64,000 nucleotides of DNA from Octopus vulgaris (lineage: Eukaryota): the NCBI GenBank assembly GCA_951406725.2, contig OX597822.1:116312001-116376000 (forward strand), given 5' to 3'. The position numbers and the translations under genes are program-made. Below the pieces are notes generated by a model. It was not told the DNA's origin. It worked only from the letters and a program-made list of their open reading frames with translations, and did no database searches. Positions 37,306 through 50,579 of the stretch are shown here, in pieces (the stretch's first letter is position 1; each line of letters starts with the position of its first letter).

Positions 37306-39001
37306 AATTAGTAAATAAATGGCACAACTAAGTACCGATATTTACTGGAAATAGCGAACGTAAAAATACGACGGTGTAGCTTCACCGCGTATGTATTAGC
37401 AAAAATGCGTGTGTGCAACAAATTAGAGAAAAAAACCGTCTTACCTACATGGAGAGCATCTGAAAGATGAAACACCCGGATGGTGGTGAATGTGGTTCTA
37501 TAGACCACAGCCTTTGAGAAACAGGATACTCCAAATGGGCTGTTGGTGGGGTTTCATCAGTTACAGATTGAGATGTGGAGTGAAGATTGTGTGGGGGTAT
37601 TTTTGTTTCTGCTGTATCGGGAAATATTGGAAAACGTTATTATCTAAGCACAAGTAGCTAACTTTGATGCTATGACCATTAGAATGTTTATTATATATTT
37701 GAGTTCTTTGGAAATGCTGCCGAATTAGGGACTGGAGTTTCTAGCTGCATTTAGTAGATAAATCTAGACTGATGGAAGATTGAGTCATATTACCCTTCTG
37801 AATATCAATCTTTTGAGGATGGGAATGGAATCCTAAGAGACTGAGAAAGAGAATGCTAATAAAAATTAACTTATCAGTAAAGCAACATTTTGCTAACACC
37901 ACGTTTGCGGCCCTCTTGGAGGTTTGTCTGTCTGCCGAAAGACGGGAGATTCTTCTGCTGGTATCTGTGATATCTAATTACAACCGACGTTTTCTACAGA
38001 ATCTACAATTATGTTTGTATGCACGGAAACAGTAGATACTATACGGTTGAATGGATGAGAAGTCAACAAGACCCAGGTTTCGATCCCAGCTACACGATAT
38101 CTTAGGCAAATGTAAATTTTTATAGCCTTGGAGCTATGCGTGTGTCAACATATGTGTGTACATACACACATACATTGAGTTAATCATAATAATTTAGAAA
38201 CTTAGAGAAAACGTGAAATAATTCGAATTCGAAATAGATATAACTATAAATAGTAGCATGTAAACATTGGGACACGAACCTACACCTGTTCACTCGACAT
38301 CTGTTCTATCATTAGACGTTCAAAATTCTCTCTCCATTTTAGACGCTTTGTTCTTATCAACGAGAATTATATGGTGTTTACATCGTAAGAATTTAGAAAC
38401 TTTGAGAGAATGTGAAACGATCAGTTTATAACTGTAGAACTCGAAGTAGATAAAGCTGTAAATTATAGCTTTTAATTCAATATTTACACGCAATGCTTTT
38501 ATATATAGCGTTATCTACTTCGAGTATAAGGAGTTATAAATAAACGATGCAACTTTCCTTTTTCTTCCCTTTTTTTCCTGTGAAAACAAAGCATCAGACT
38601 TGGCGTCAGTCCTGCTTCTCCTCCATTAAAAAATTTGAGCAAAAGTGACTCCAACACCGGACCAACTTCGTGCAAGCATGAAGGCTCGCTAGCAAAACAC
38701 TGCTACTCTAAATGGAAACCTTTCCTGTCATTTATGGTACGAAGCAAAGCAGGCCTAACCGTTCACTCAAGAAAACACATAGTGAATAATCTACAAGTGC
38801 TCAAGCAAACTGAGTCCTCAACTTGTTCCATTTTAAGAAATGGTTTGCATGGCACCAGCAGACCTCCAGAGACACATTCCTGTCCATATTGCATGCTCAA
38901 TGCTTTATTTTACTGAACTCTCATTTATCGTTCACAAGAGAATCTATTGTGTGTATATATAAAACTGATAAGAGTAGATATTAGACCTTGATCTTAGCCA
39001 T

Positions 39002-39221
39002 ACGGTGGGGGGGGGGGTAATGGAAAGTTCCTGGTTTTTAAGGTATCGTGAAAGATCTGGTTCGCAGTCCAACCTTCCCAGTTCTTTTACAAGGTTTAGA
39101 AAAACTGAAGGATTGCTGCGATATGTGTGTGAATCTGAGAGGGGAACATGTTGAATAAAATCATAACTGATCCGCCTGTATTTTCTTTTACACAAAACCA
39201 GGAACTTTACAGCACCCCTTG
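39002..39221. mobile_element. Mariner-type MITE
   Basis: AAAGTTCCTGGTTTT ... AAAACCAGGAACTTT inverted ends; internal similarity to 63764-63963. Confidence 0.75.
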
Positions 39222-39226
39222 TGTGT

Positions 39227-39275
<49 letters not shown>

Positions 39276-39325
39276 TAAGAAATTAGACAGAAAGAGTATT
39301 AAACACTTATATTTTGAATTTCACC

Positions 39326-39384
39326 AGCTTACAGCTGTTTCTGCTATAGGATGCAATGAATCACCCTATTGCTTCATCGGAGCT
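39326..39384 (-). ncRNA. Hammerhead variant (CCGAUGA core)
   Basis: Minus strand agcu-CCGAUGA-a-gc-a-auagg..ccuau-a-gc-a-GAAA-c-agcu-GUA-agcu: perfect stem I, palindromic ACAGCUGU. Confidence 0.7.
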
Positions 39385-39586
39385 TCAAGCATGAAGTGCA
39401 ATTTTACTTCGGAGCCGCTTGTGAGCACTACAGGTAGCATGTAACGTAAAACGACCTATTGCATAATCGGTTCGTCTGTGACTGGACTGGTAGCCCCACT
39501 AAATTTACTTAATGAGCAAGGTAATTTTTGACATCCCACAGGACAAAAAAAATTACCTTTCAGGTGAGTTAATATACATATACATA

Positions 39587-39630
<44 letters not shown>

Positions 39631-41359
39631 GGGGATGTGTGTTTAATAGTATGTCAGAAGTCGGTAGCGGCAGGTGAATGGAGGCGACTGTTGCAGGATG
39701 TCACATATCGAGATGCCGTCATGCGGAGCGTACACCTGAGAGAGAGAAAGAGAGAGAGAGAGAGTTATATAGTTATGTACTCCTAGTTTCACGCTGTCGC
39801 TTTTCAAAATATCTTTTCACTTTTAACTGACAATACCGTTAATCAGTCAATGATAATGAGGCAAATAAAAATTTTAGCATCAAAATGGATAATAAATAAT
39901 TGTGGCAGTTAATTAAGGCATCAGCAACCGGGTTAAAGTGGATGTAAGGAGAAAGGGCATCTTATTAGAAGCTAGAGAGTAGGGGCAAAAAATAAAGAGA
40001 TAGAAATTGAGTGAGTAGGAGAAAGACAGAAGAAAGAAAGGAAATGCGATTTTGGTATGTACTTGCCTATGTTTGTATGGGTGAGTGTGAGCATGGGTCT
40101 ACATTTGTGCAGACGTGCCTTACTGTTTTTATGTACTTTAATGTTGTCTGACCGTTTTCTTTTTAAACAATCTTTCGCAAATACCATCCTAAAACACTTG
40201 GATGTTTATAACGCCCCCAACCCCGAATTTTTTTTTTAAACAAAGGTAGTGGGTGTAACTGAATCTAAAATGGATATAAACAATTCTATTTTTCCCATAT
40301 AAAGGTATATTATTTTGTATTGATGCTAATAAATGATAGGACTAATAATTATAATAGCACACATTATTAATTTGATATCAAAATCAGAGTAGATAAAATA
40401 GCACACCGCGTTTACTAATGTGATCCTTGTGGTAGATAACCAGTAGAAAGTTCTGCAATATTTGGTTTCCAAATTCGGGAAAAGAAGCCGCAAATCCCCA
40501 TACTGAATAGAAACCGAATGGGCTGCCCTCGTTCAGTTCCTATGCTCGGTCAAAATTTGATACACTGCACTCAGGGCCAGCTCATGGTACCGGCAACTTG
40601 GGCAGTCGCCGGAGCGCCATGTGCTTTCTAGTCTAAATTTTCAGTTTTTCTCTTTCTGGAAATTTTAAAAAAATCTACTTGTAAGGACGCCGAAGTTCAG
40701 CTTGCCCTGAGGGCCCCTGGCAGCACTAAAACCTTTTCCCGCTGCATGGGAGAATAGAAAAGCACACACACATACACACACAAAATTAACTTGGCTTTGT
40801 TCTATAATATACGATACCTCCACATTACATTACAACCACATATCACACAAGCTTTGATTTTTAATAATCCTTATTACTACTTCATTTTGTAAACCAATGA
40901 CGGTCTCCAGTAGATCATTGTTTTTGTTCTATTTTGTTTACAAATGGGTGTTTTTTTTACCTAGTCAGGAATTTTCAGTACATTCAATTCTTTAAATCTC
41001 GTCTCAGAATCTTCCGTCAATAGTAAAATGTGCATAGTAGGTAGGCAGTTATCATCTGCAAATAATTACCGTATCTTTATAGAAATTGACAGAACTCCCT
41101 TCAACAAAAATTCCATGCACCTTGATTATATAAACGGATGCACATTACAGCTAGTTACTCTTCATTGTCCATTCGCATCGACCGAATATCTACAGCAAAC
41201 GGATTTTAAAAAATTTGATCTCGCTGATCTCACTCGAAGATGTAAAATATTCTACCTGTTCCCTCAAAAATGTATGCCTTTAATTAGCTACTTGATTAGC
41301 ACTAGAAAGAAATAGCACCAGAACGTCCTGAAGTTATCATTTCCTACACACAGTAAGGA

Positions 41360-44174
41360 GTATAGAGACCGGATTAAGATGTTGATTCAGAGGGCATTGA
41401 CTGGTTCCATTATTAATAATAAATGGTGGTATGCCCTCAAGCGAGCCATAAAATTTGAGTCTATTAGATATAGCATAGATTTAGTAGCTACAGAGGCTAG
41501 GAGGGAATCAGCTTTAGTTTAAGATTTAGAGGAAGGAATGAAAACTGGCGTCAAACCAGTACCTTGAAGCCAAACACATGGGTTGCATTGTCAGGGCTAG
41601 ACTTCGTGCAGTGGGTTGTGAGGGGATCAATGCCGCAGGATAGGCCCGAGGGGTGAAAGCCCAACGTGATAATGATGCCACTTTCCGATTTTTGACGACC
41701 CAACAAGGTACGTTGATAGGCGAGCCCGAGGAAATGTGTGAGGCTTTTCAGGAGCACTTCGCCCAGCTTTTCGGTGGGGGAGGCGGACCGAATAGTAGGA
41801 GGGATTTAACGGATTTCTTCACTGGGCTGCTGCGCCTATCGGGGCGGGACGCGGAGTGCTGTGAAGGGCCGATCACGCCTGAGGAGGTAATTGAGGCTAT
41901 GGCAGACTGCAGCGCGAGTAGGGCGCCGGGACTGGATGGTCTGTCATATGAGTTGTATAAGAGTATGCCAGACTTGTTCGGGCACCTGCTGGCGAATGTC
42001 CACGCGAACTGGCAGCAGAACGGGTTTATTCCCAGATCTGTGCGCACAGACCAATCTTCAACTCTGCGTCACAGATCTGGTGACGCTTGTCAGAAAGGAC
42101 TCGGAAAAGGGGTATTCCGTTGAAAATTTTCGGCCCGTCATTCTGCTAAACGCAGAGTTGAAGATTTTGGCCAAAGTGTTATCGAAAAGATTGGCGCGTG
42201 TCGCGGATGGTCTGATCGGGGAGGCACAGACATGGGCCGTTCCCAGCAGAACCATCCAGGATAATTTCCATCTTATGCGGTATACTTTAGAAGGGTTTAA
42301 TAGTGATTCTGGAAATGGTGGGGCATTGGTCCATTTAGACCAATCTAAGGCATTTGATAGGGTTGACCATCGCTACCTGGTGTCCGTTCTGGCACAGTTC
42401 GGCCTGGGTCTTGGCTTCCTCAGGTGGATCTTTCAGATTTATGACAACATCGACTCGGTAGTTCGGGTGAACGACTTCTTATCGAAGCCGTTCAACATCA
42501 AACGCTCGGTTCGCCAAAAGTGTCCGCTCTCCCTGCATTTGTACGTGATGGCTCTTGAGCCATTACTGCGAAAATTGAGCGGCATCCCGAGACAGCCAGG
42601 TTGTGGAAAGTCGGTGTCAGCCTAGGCGGATGACATCACCATCATCGTAACCGAAATGGATCACCTACAGAGGGTAGGCAAGGCCATTAAGGTTTACGAG
42701 ACGGTGACAGGAGCAAAAGTTAATCGTGAAAAGTCAATCGGCTTGCAGCTCGGCACCTGGAGAAGCAAGTCGATGCCTCCTGACAGCGTCGTGGGACGTT
42801 GGACGGAGGGTCTGATTAAGTTGCTAGGAGCTTGGTTTGGACCAGACGTCCAAATAGAGAAGAACTGGGCCGAGTTATCGAGCAGGGTGACCCACATAGT
42901 CAAGGCCTGGTCTTGTGTTCATCGCATCGGTCATCACCTACTGCCTATCCGTCGTTCCTTGCTCTTATTCGTGGTTGATCAAGCTGGAAAGACAGCTCTT
43001 CCACTTTTTGTGGAGGGGCTGGAAACCTCTTCTGAAACGCTCTACTTGCTGCCAACAACCGTTAAAGGGTGGGCTAGGGATGCCTTGGCTGTTGATGTGC
43101 AGACATGCGCTGAGGTTGAGGCATCTGTGGCTCTACCTGGGTGGTGAACGGATGTAGTCTTCACTGGCGAAACGGATGTTTCCCAAGTTCACTAGTTTCA
43201 GTGGACGGGAATCATGGTTCTATCGAAGATCGAAGTTTGGGTACATGGTTTACGGAGTGTCGCAAGGCTCTCCTGCTATTCCGTCCCTCGGGCAATGCCT
43301 GCGGTGGAGGTTCCACCGCATTCTTTTATAGAGGGCTTGTAGAGGCGGAATGTGACGATACTTTAGGGGAGACCCTAGGTCTCGACGATAATCAGCTGGC
43401 CAGTCTGTTCCGACGTACATTCGGACCGAAGACCCTGGACAACTTTCAGAAGTCTCTGGCATGGCAGTGTTACCGAGGAGCCTTACCTGTCGGGACAAGC
43501 TCACAAGGCATGGTGGCTGTGACCCTTCGACCTGTCCAAGATGCGAGCGGGATAAGGAAACCGCCCCGCATGCTATTGTTCAATGTTCGGAGGTGTCAGA
43601 TGTGTGGGTTTATGCTGAACAACTGTTGTCAAGTGCAAGAAGAGTACAGCTATCAACTGAGTTTATAGTAAAAATTGACCCACCGGATTTCCTATCGAAA
43701 GAAGGTAGGAATTGCTTTCTCATTGTAGTAGCAATTGTGAGAGAGGTAATTTGGAGAACGAAGCTGAAAGGGTTAAAGTCAGGCACTTTCATCTCTGGCC
43801 CTGAATTGGTGAATTACTTCACCTTTCACCTTAAAAGGAAAATAGGGCTAGAGAGAAAATGCCTGACTGTGAAAATGTTTGAAAATCGATGGAAGAATGC
43901 AGCACGGATGTTGCGCGTGGATGGAACCTCATGAATGCGACATAGGATGTAACTCAGGTATCAGTGGCGAGGCGGGGCTCGTGGGGTCCGAATTAAACCC
44001 GCCCCCCACTCCATCCGTAATGTCTTCCGGTCTGTCCTACCATTCGATTTTATTATATTTTCTTATTTTTGTAAAATTTTTAATGTCAATTTTTTGTATA
44101 ACCCATTCGCTCATCTGACCCCAAAATCAGATTGTATTGTCCCCTCTTCGTTGGCCCCTTGTGGGTAATAAAAA
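41360..44174 (+). mobile_element. L1/Tx1-clade LINE, 5'-truncated, ORF2 disrupted
   Basis: RAPGLDGL, NFRPVILLNAELKILAK, LDQSKAFDRVDH, SVRQKCPLS; YADD motif with TAG at 42623-42625; CCHC finger CPRC..ETAPHAIVQC; several frameshifts; 3'UTR ending AATAAAAA. Confidence 0.9.
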
Positions 44175-44721
44175 TCAATATCCAACACAGTGTAACTTGC
44201 AAGACTCGAAATGCTCCAGCGACAGTCTATAACATGTCACCGTGTTGATGCAACATTTCATATTATCGTCTCCGACACGCAGTTTGCTCTCCTTAAATTG
44301 TCGAACCACATAAAAGATAACTATCTGATATTTAAACCGTGCAATTCTACTCGGCATTGTGGCCGTGATGGAAACTAAAAGTTCACATTCGCAACGTAAA
44401 TTGGTAATATCTTGTCAGACTGTCCACCACCGTCTTCGCTGCCCTCGTATTTGTTTCACACGCAGCGACCACTGTCCGACTCTTCACCGCATCATTTTCT
44501 CCTGCCACCGACCTATGATCCTTACTTTTCTTTATACTATACAAACTCTCGTCACACTCTACTTCACCCAACGCTGTTACAAACGTTTTCATTGTAATGT
44601 TGCGATAAAGAAAACTGAAATCTGTTTGAGATTTTTTATTAAAGATATTTATTTTTATTGTAAACTAAAGAATATTATCGTTTCTACCAACGACAAACAC
44701 CGAGATAGTTTGAAGCTTATT

Positions 44722-44884
44722 CTTCGAGTTCAAATTCTGCCGAGGTCGACTTTGCCTTTCATCCTTTCGGGGTTGATAAACTAAGTACCAATTACGCACT
44801 GGGGTCGATGTAATCGACTTAATACCTATGTCTGTCCTTGTTTGTCCACTCTATGTTTAGCCCCTTGTGGATAATAAAGAAATA
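44722..44884 (+). mobile_element. SINE B, 5'-truncated
   Basis: B-box through Tx1-type tail. Confidence 0.85.
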
Positions 44885-45611
44885 GGTATAATAGCAGTGG
44901 TTGTCAAGGCGTTAACTGGTCACTATGTGTTCGTCTATTATTTTGGTGTTGTCACAGCGCTCTGGTCAGCTGCTGCTTCTGCTATTGTTTTGTGTCCGGT
45001 TCATGTCAGTCGCTTAATGGCTAAAACGCGCTGAATACATAGGGGTGATCTGGCTCAGAAAATGCGCGCCAAAGCTGAAATTGTTAGATCCGATTCTACA
45101 GAATGTCTTCAATGGTTAGATGTTTTTGATAAGGTTGGTAACATTCTAGAGAATCGCGATCGTATGTTTGATTTTTGTTTTTTTTTAGATATAGTGATCC
45201 GGGTTCGGTTGCTTAATATTTCTGCTACAGTTAAATTCACTTGTAATCAAACAGTCACACACACACATATATACATGCATCTGTTTTGATCTTGAATGTT
45301 ATCTAGAGGCAAGTTTTTTTTTTTTAACGAAAACTGCTTCAATCAAACGGGCGATCCGTAAATCGAGATGGAATATACGACTGGCACACTTCGGACTCAC
45401 TTTAAACAAGGGCCCAACTAAAAACGGGCCAACACAGAACAATACCACACGTACGTTGCCAGATCAACGATGAAAATACGTTTTCGGTCCTATGTGATGC
45501 ATTAAATCAGATTCGGAAAATGTTATGAATCCTACATGGGAAGCACCATCAGATAAGTACACATACGGATTAAAGAACAGTGTGTTAATGCTTCTTCCAT
45601 AATGATCCTGT

Positions 45612-45820
45612 CTACCATAAGCACAAGGTCTGAAATTGGGGGAAGGAGGTCAGTCGATTAGATCGACCCCAGTATACAACTGGTACTTAATTTATCAACA
45701 CCCGAAAAGATGAAAGGCAAAGTCGACCACGGCGGAATTTGAACTCAGAACGTAGCGGCAGACGAAATACCGCTAAGAATTTCGCCCGCCGTGCTCACGT
45801 TTCTGCCAGCTCGCCGCCTT
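45612..45820 (-). mobile_element. SINE B with alternative tail
   Basis: Head and central domain as at 31262; tail of the CCTTGTGC..GTAGA type. Confidence 0.85.
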
Positions 45821-48092
45821 AACAGTTAAAATGATCCTAAATGTTCTGTCTTCTGCGGGGGGGGGGGGGGACTTCTCTGTCCCAGCAAAAATAAAAAATA
45901 TAAAAAATTCAGATCAAGATTTTACAATATCAAGTAGTCTTTTTAAAAAAGAATATGATGTCGCAGATTTTGTAAAAGAATAAGCAAAAAATAAAAAATA
46001 AATAAATAAAGTACATAGATATATTTGAATTAAACTACTTGAATTTGTTCTGGTCGCTGAGAGTGAAGTCGATTTAAGATCGGCTTAAAATCAGAATATT
46101 TCCTTCGAAAGTTTAATCGCAGAGCTTAGATCTTCGAAAATTACGTGAAAATAAATTTGGATTGGAAAATTTTACCCTGTTTGTGGTGAAGTTTTTTTGC
46201 CGAATAGCTTCTCGTCCACGCTTGGATGAAAAATTTGAATGTATTTTACAGGGGGACACTCGAAATAAATGGCACCTATTAATAGACTGAATAAAGGGTT
46301 GCTTTCGTCAGAAATTCAGGTTTTAAAATACTTGTTATAGTATTTTTAAAATGCTCGATATAGTATTTCTCTGAAAAATCATCAGTTCCGGCTGCAAAGG
46401 AGTTCAGAGGCAAGGGACTGAAAGGTTCGTCTATTCTTCTGATGACCGAACTTACCAACTTTTTAATTGAGGTGGTGCCATACTTACGCAATAACAGACG
46501 GCAATTTATTGAGATTTTGCTATTCACTTGCATTAAAGAAATTGCTAAATAAAATATAAAGTATCAAGAAAAAATTTAAACATGGGTGGATGGATTCCTC
46601 TACGTTGGGGTGCCAAGAGACCGTTTTGACAAATCCATAAGTCTCTGCAGATCTTTGAGTCTCAGTGCAATGTAATGCACCCTGGTATTATTAACGCATT
46701 GGGTCACAGTTTTTAAATTAACAAAAAAAATTCTATTAAAATATAATCAAATTTGGCAGCATAGTCTGTGATTTTCCACTTATCTTTACTTCACAGATGA
46801 CGGTATACAAATTTGGATATGCCTACACAAATGTGACCCCCCCCCCGACTTTGTTTCCTCATTATTTCCAGAAACTACACCACCTTTCAGATGCTGTAGT
46901 TTCCTATCATAACGGAATTTGATATATACAAAAAAAAAAAAAAAAAAATGGTAGGCGCGAACACATTTTTTCGAAACGACATGTTTCAGCTTATAGCTAT
47001 ATATGTGATGTGCATCCGCATGTGTGCACGCCTACCACTTTTAGATTTAACCGTAATGAACACTATCTGATAAGTATTTGTAGAAAACGGCATTAAAAAA
47101 TACCTATTTTTCTGAAAGCTATGAGCAAAGTCGATTTGTATGGATTATCCGAAACTCCTCTCTCTAATTACGCAATTTTTTCATAATAAACTTTGAAATA
47201 ATTGTAATCTATACAATACGAAAGGTATTACTAGTAATTTCCATTAAAAAAAAGAAATTTATTTTCCTGAAGGTTATGTAGAAACAAAGTAAGAGACGAA
47301 GGCGGGGTCACAGTTGTGAAGGTCTGCCCAAATTTGCTCACCGAAAGTTTAGAATCTCCAAGTAAAAGCTTCAATAAGTATTTATGGATTAGCGTCAGCA
47401 GAAAGGTCGTTACTTCAGTATCTCGGATTTGATTGCCAAAGCTATTACGATGCACCAAAACGAAACTTCGCGCAAAACGGACAGTCTGGCAAAAGAGTTT
47501 GCAACATCAGGAATCCTTCCAAAAGAACTGCCTAGATTTTTTTTTCTTCTTTGTCTACATCCTTAGGCAAAATCTCTCCCCGTCCAAGAAATAGGTCTCC
47601 CACTCAAACAAAAGCGATGTCTGTAGAGCCTGTTTCTCTCAGAACTAGAGTGTTCTGATGATCTTGTGCTCATCGTCCGTCAACTTAACATCCCTTGAGA
47701 ATTTTGCAACCAGAGTTGATCTGTCCCCCCCCTCCACCCACTTTTTTCATCTCAATAATGAACGTCTGTGGTAAAGAATCTCGCGGTAACGAATACTCTT
47801 CTTTTGAGTTGGCAACGACGAAAACCATATCAACGAACGATTGTTATAACAATATCTATCTGGAGCGTGATACGCCCAAAAGTAAACCCCGTACATGCAG
47901 ATACTCGAAATTAAACTCTGCTAATAAATTGTAATCTCATGGTTTTGGTAATCTGTAGATTACACATACAGGGTAAGGCGAAGGTAAAGAATACGCACAC
48001 CACCCGCTCTCGGCGGTTAGGGTTAGGCTTATGCGGAAAACGGGTCCGCGTGCGTATTCTTTACCTGCCTGACAGAATGGGTATTTATTTCG

Positions 48093-48320
48093 GGCGAGCT
48101 GGCAGAAACGTTAGCACGCCGGGTGAAATGCGTAGCCGCATCTCGTCTGCCGCTACGTTCTGAGTTCAAATTCCGCCGAGGTCGACTTTGCCTTTCATCC
48201 TTTCGGGGTCGATTAAATAAGTACCAGTTACGCACTGGGGTCGATATAATCGACTTAATTCGTTTGTCTGTCTTTGTTTGTCCTCTCTGTGTTTAGCCCC
48301 TTGTGGGTAGTAAAGAAATA
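48093..48320 (+). mobile_element. SINE B, young
   Basis: Perfect 16-bp TSD GGTATTTATTTCGGGC (48080-48095, 48321-48336). Confidence 0.9.
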
Positions 48321-48994
48321 GGTATTTATTTCGGGCAATATCAGTGTAGTTCGAAAGAAATACCCATTTCCCAGAAGGTTGGCCACTCGTTGAGAAATTA
48401 TTAACTTAAAGCGATCATGAATGTGTAAGTTGATAACGTTTCATACGCTGCGCATTAAACGGAAATAATGATTAGAAACAAAATGTGTAACAAATTGAAA
48501 GTAAATAAAACGATATATCACAAGGATTAAAATTGACTTTGGGTTTAATTAAATGATTAAATTTTTTTAAAAGTATTTTTATTATTTTTACATATTATTT
48601 ATGCTACTTTTTACCATATGATAAAAACCTGTATAGTTTATGAATTCATATTTTAGCATTCATTAGCTTTTATATCGTCCTGAGGAAAATGATGAGCATC
48701 ACTACACCACTGTGCCCTCGCGAATTTTTTTAATCATAGCTTTCTGAAAAACGGATATTTTTCAATGAAATTCTCTGCAAATACATTTCATATGGTGTAG
48801 ATTATGATTACATTGGAATTTGTGATGAGAAATTTTTCGGAGGCGTGCGACGGATTTCGAATAATTCACACGAGTCGACTTTGTTCCCTCATATCTTTTG
48901 ATGTAAATTATAATTATGTTAAAAAAAAGATAAATTTTGGGAAGTACACCCGCACGAGTTTCACAAAGAAAAAAATATTTTTAGTGTGAAATCA

Positions 48995-49323
48995 GGTACC
49001 CTAACCTCCTAATGTGCCGCAAACCCCTTATTTTTGTTCGGAAAAAAAAAGTGGGGAACCGGACCCCATCCATATCCCAGAATCATTGGAAATTTTTTTG
49101 TTGAATGAATTAAGGTGACCTATTATTCAACTAAAACCCTTTTTTTGGTCCGGAAAGTGGTTGGGGTGGAACCCTCGAAAATTTCACCCCTCCCAATCCG
49201 ATTATTTTCGTATTTCTGTATAATGTTGGGGGTAGCGTGAAATTTCTTGGAGGAGTCCATTTCCCTCCTCCTTTTTTCCGAACAAAACTAAGGGGTTTGC
49301 AGTACATTAGGCTGTCTGGGTAC
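48995..49323. repeat. Inverted repeat within a probable DNA-transposon remnant
   Basis: GTACCC..CCTAATGTGCCGCAAACCCCTTA.TTTTGTTCGGAAAAAA is mirrored at 49272-49323. Confidence 0.65.
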
Positions 49324-49469
49324 TTGATTCTACGCATAAAAAAAGAGATTTTTTTTCTTAATGAAACGCGTGCAGGAACTGCCCAAAATTTACCAAAAAA
49401 AAAAAAAATCAACCTTACTTTTGGGGTCTATTCCGCCCTTTCCCTTCTAGAACTGGTTACCTTTAACCT

Positions 49470-50545
49470 TTTACTGGTTTCAATCATTAAACTGTGGTCA
49501 TGCTGGAGCACTGCCTTGAAGAATTTATAGTCAAATGTAACGACCAAAGTACTTAATTTTTTGAAGCCGGGTACTTATTCTATCAGTCTTGTTTTGTCGA
49601 GCCGCTAAGTTAAGGAGACTCAAACACATCAGTGCCAGTTGTCAAGTGGCGATGGGAAACACAGACGAGTTTCTTTCAGTTTCTGTCTACCAAATCCACT
49701 CAGTAGGTTTTTGGTTGGCCCAAGGCTAGAGTAGAAGACACTCGCCTAAGGTGCCACTCAGTAGGACTGAACCTGGAACTATCTAGTTGGGAAGCTAACT
49801 TCCTACCACACAGCCTTTCCAGGCCTGTAGCATACCAAACAGCCATACAAACAAATTCACATCAGGTAATTTGGGAAAATATTTTATTAAAAAATATTTC
49901 AGAAAAGAAACAGTGAAGAATTCCTCAAAAGTAATTTTTGTTAGGCACAGGCATAACTGTGTGCAAGAAGTTTGCTTCCCAACCATATGGTCATGGACTC
50001 GATCCCATTGTGTGGTACCTTGGGCAAGTGTCTTCTACTCTAGCGTCAGGCTGACCAAAGCCTTGTGAGTTAATTTAGTAGATGGAAACTGAAAGAAGCC
50101 TGCTGTATATGTGTGTGTCTTTGTGTCTGTCCCACACTACCATTTGACAACTAGTGTTGGTGTTTTAATGTCCCTATAACTTAGTGGTTCAGCAAAAGAG
50201 ACTGACAGAATAAGTACCAGGCTTTAAAAGAAGCAAGTACTGGGGTCAATACATTCAGCACAAAAATCCTTCAATCAATGCTCCAGCATGGCCACATTCA
50301 AATGACAAGCATGAAAAAGATAATTGTAATCTACAACATCAAAATGTATTCTTTTATTCTTTTACTTGTTTCAGCCATTTGACTGTGGCCATGCTGGAGC
50401 ACCGCCTTCAGTCGAATCAAATCGACCCCAGGACTTATTCTTTGTAAGCCTTGTACTTATTCTATTGGTCTCTTTTGCCAAACCGCTAAGTTACGGGGAC
50501 CTAAACACAGATACACAAACATATACACACACATACATACACACA

Positions 50546-50579
<34 letters not shown>

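Noticed and set aside
41653-43934. LINE ORFs as functional CDS
   Set aside because: Multiple frameshifts and a stop codon in the YADD motif; the element is non-functional.
47641-47685. CTGATGA motif; similarly ATGATGA..GAAAC at ~19085-19122
   Set aside because: The required stems cannot be formed.
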